DNA of 63,899 nucleotides, the filler included, from Octopus bimaculoides (Eukaryota): the NCBI RefSeq assembly GCF_001194135.2. It is 5 parts of 4 records of this genome, joined end to end, with 100 filler letters (N's around TTAATTAATTAA, not from the genome) between each part and the next. Parts side by side here need not be neighbours in the genome. Positions count along the whole stretch, not along the records: positions 48,208 to 63,899 come from NC_068988.1; 4 more parts are not named here. The stretch is one strand, 5' to 3'. Under the pieces are notes generated by a model. It was given only the letters and a program-made list of their open reading frames with translations, did not search any database and was not told where the DNA came from. Positions 62,175 to 63,899 of this stretch are shown in pieces. The translations under genes and the position numbers were made by a program. How positions within the stretch are numbered: the stretch's first letter is position 1; the number at the start of each line of letters is the position of its first letter.

Positions 62175-62376
62175 GTATATATGTGTAGTTGGAATTTACA
62201 AAAAAACAAAAGACAAAGACAAGTGTATAAACAACAAACAGGTGTATTAGTTTAATGCTCAGAAAGGAGAGAAAGTTTTTTATGTTTCGAGCCTCTGCTC
62301 TTCAACAGAAAGGAACATGAAGAAATAAACAGAGAGAAAATAAAAAAAGCTTTATATATATATATATATATATATA

Positions 62377-63862
62377 CACGGCGTTCTGTAAAGGGTGCTG
62401 AAGTTGAAAGGTGAATAGTTAAAATAAATTCTTATAAACATGGATATATTCTGCATATTTCTAATGAGTTATGTCTCCTGTTTAGGTATGGAACACAATG
62501 TCGGTCATATGTCCACCTGCACTGAGTCTGCATACATTTATGCACTCCTCGAAATTTCCGATAACTCTCTCACAGATGTGTGGCCCAATGCCTCCACTCA
62601 CAAGCCTGATTTCAGCTTTGAGTTCAGGAATTGTGTGTAGTTTCTTGACGTATACCTGTGGCTTCACATATCTCCATTAGAAGAAATCACAAGGGGTAAG
62701 ATCGCAGGATCTTGATGGCCATTGCTGGTCACCTTGCAAGGACATCATTCATTGTGGAAACTTTTTGTGGAATGATGCAAGTGTTTGGCACGAAGTGTGA
62801 CAGGTCGCTCCAACCAGAGGTTGTTAATCCCCATATCTTCCAAGTTCAGCTGCGGCTGAGTGGATATCATGTCTCGATAATGTTCTCCATTAATGGTAAC
62901 TGCATTCCCCTCATCATTTTCAAAGAAGAACAGTCCAAGCACTCCACCTGCCCAAAAACAATCCACACAGTCACTTTCAGTGGATGCATTTCATGCTCTT
63001 GCATTATTTGAGGATTTTCATTTCCCTAAATCCAGCAGTTCTGTTTATTGGCAAATTCACTCAAGTGGAAGTGGGCCTCACACTAACATAGCTAGGGGTC
63101 AGGTCGGGGTGGTCTGCCCTGGGTGGCACTTTTAAAGGGGCACTACTTTTGGGTCTGCTGTAGGTAATATGTGTTTTTTGTGGTGTCTGGGGTGGCAAGC
63201 GTAAGAGCCACTCCGGGCAGCACACACTCTAGCTACACTAGTTGGGCCTTGTCACTGAAGATGATTTTTTTTTTTTTGCAAAATTTTCATCAGCTGCAAG
63301 TCTCCACAACCTAGTCAGCAAATTTCCTCTGCCTCCTGTGGTCAGGTGGCTAAAGATGCTGTGTAAGTTGAATTTTGTACACATGCATATGGAGATCTTA
63401 ATGCAGAATTCGATGTAATGAAGTATTCAGGATGCCCAACTGCAACAAAATGTCGGCAAATTGATTTTCCCAAAAACAGAATGACACTCTTGTACAACAG
63501 CAATTTGTTGCTCTGTCTGATGAGAACAATTCTGCCCAGGTGATTTGGCTGGTGCAACTGACCTAGTTATTTTAAACTTTGTCATTAGTTTGCATACCAT
63601 AGACTCATTGGGTGCTTCATTTCTCCCCAAAATGGTACAAAGTGCTCAAGCTGTTTGTGTCGTACTTTCTCTGTTTTGTCTTCATGATTTGAACGCATTC
63701 TCAGTTGTAAACTACTCCATGACACACTGCACACTATTCTGAAAAACAAACAAAACACTATTAATCGGAGTGAAGAGAGATAGCAAACATGATAAAAGCA
63801 TGCCTTCAAACTTCAAAACACAAAAGTGTTGCCCAATTCAAATTCAGCACTCTTTATGGAAC

Positions 63863-63867
<5 letters not shown>
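62377..63867 (-). mobile_element. Full-span but decayed Tc1/mariner element (DD41D/rosa-like) with TIRs
   Basis: TIRs CACGGCGTTCTGTAAAGGGTGCTGAAGTT (62377-) and the reverse complement of AATTCAGCACTCTTTATGGAACACCTT (-63867), both ends in (TA)n. Transposase pieces: DLHMHVYKIQLTQHL, IIFSDKAHFHLS, CFWAGGVLGLFFFENDEGNAVTINGEHYRDMI, KPQVY...TIPELKAEIR...GGHMTDIVFHT*. Confidence 0.85.
63079..63242. mobile_element. hAT-like MITE nested in the rosa-like transposase
   Basis: TIRs CACTAACATAGCTAG / CTAGCTACACTAGT and duplicated target TGGGCCT (63072-63078, 63243-63249). Removing it restores FSDKAHFHLS. Confidence 0.65.

Positions 63868-63899
<32 letters not shown>

Overview
AT-rich, microsatellite-dense animal genomic DNA from a gappy draft assembly. 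The repeat content (tRNA-derived SINEs, RTE and R4/Dong LINE pieces, Tc1/mariner relics, Penelope-type terminal repeats) looks like an Octopus/coleoid cephalopod genome; this is inferred from pattern recall, not a search. Two host genes are supported. (1) An intronless GALNT10/pgant6-like polypeptide GalNAc-transferase (ATG 36706 to TAG 38073, 455 aa). It stops at the linker before the ricin-type lectin domain, and its WGGE motif reads RGAE. (2) The last three coding exons of a CC2D1A/B (lgd)-like gene (48458-48587, 52831-52955, 54878-54913), joined in frame through canonical GT-AG sites and missed or only partly caught by the ORF track. The rest is transposon debris and microsatellite, and most listed ORFs are artefacts of (TA)n/(CA)n/(GATA)n repeats or N runs. 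Also noted: several minimal hammerhead-ribozyme-like motifs, three long fold-back inverted repeats, a LINE 3' end with three C2H2 fingers, a switch to CpG-depleted sequence near 42.7 kb, and four artificial 100-bp scaffold spacers (44N-TTAATTAATTAA-44N) that make long-range adjacency uncertain.
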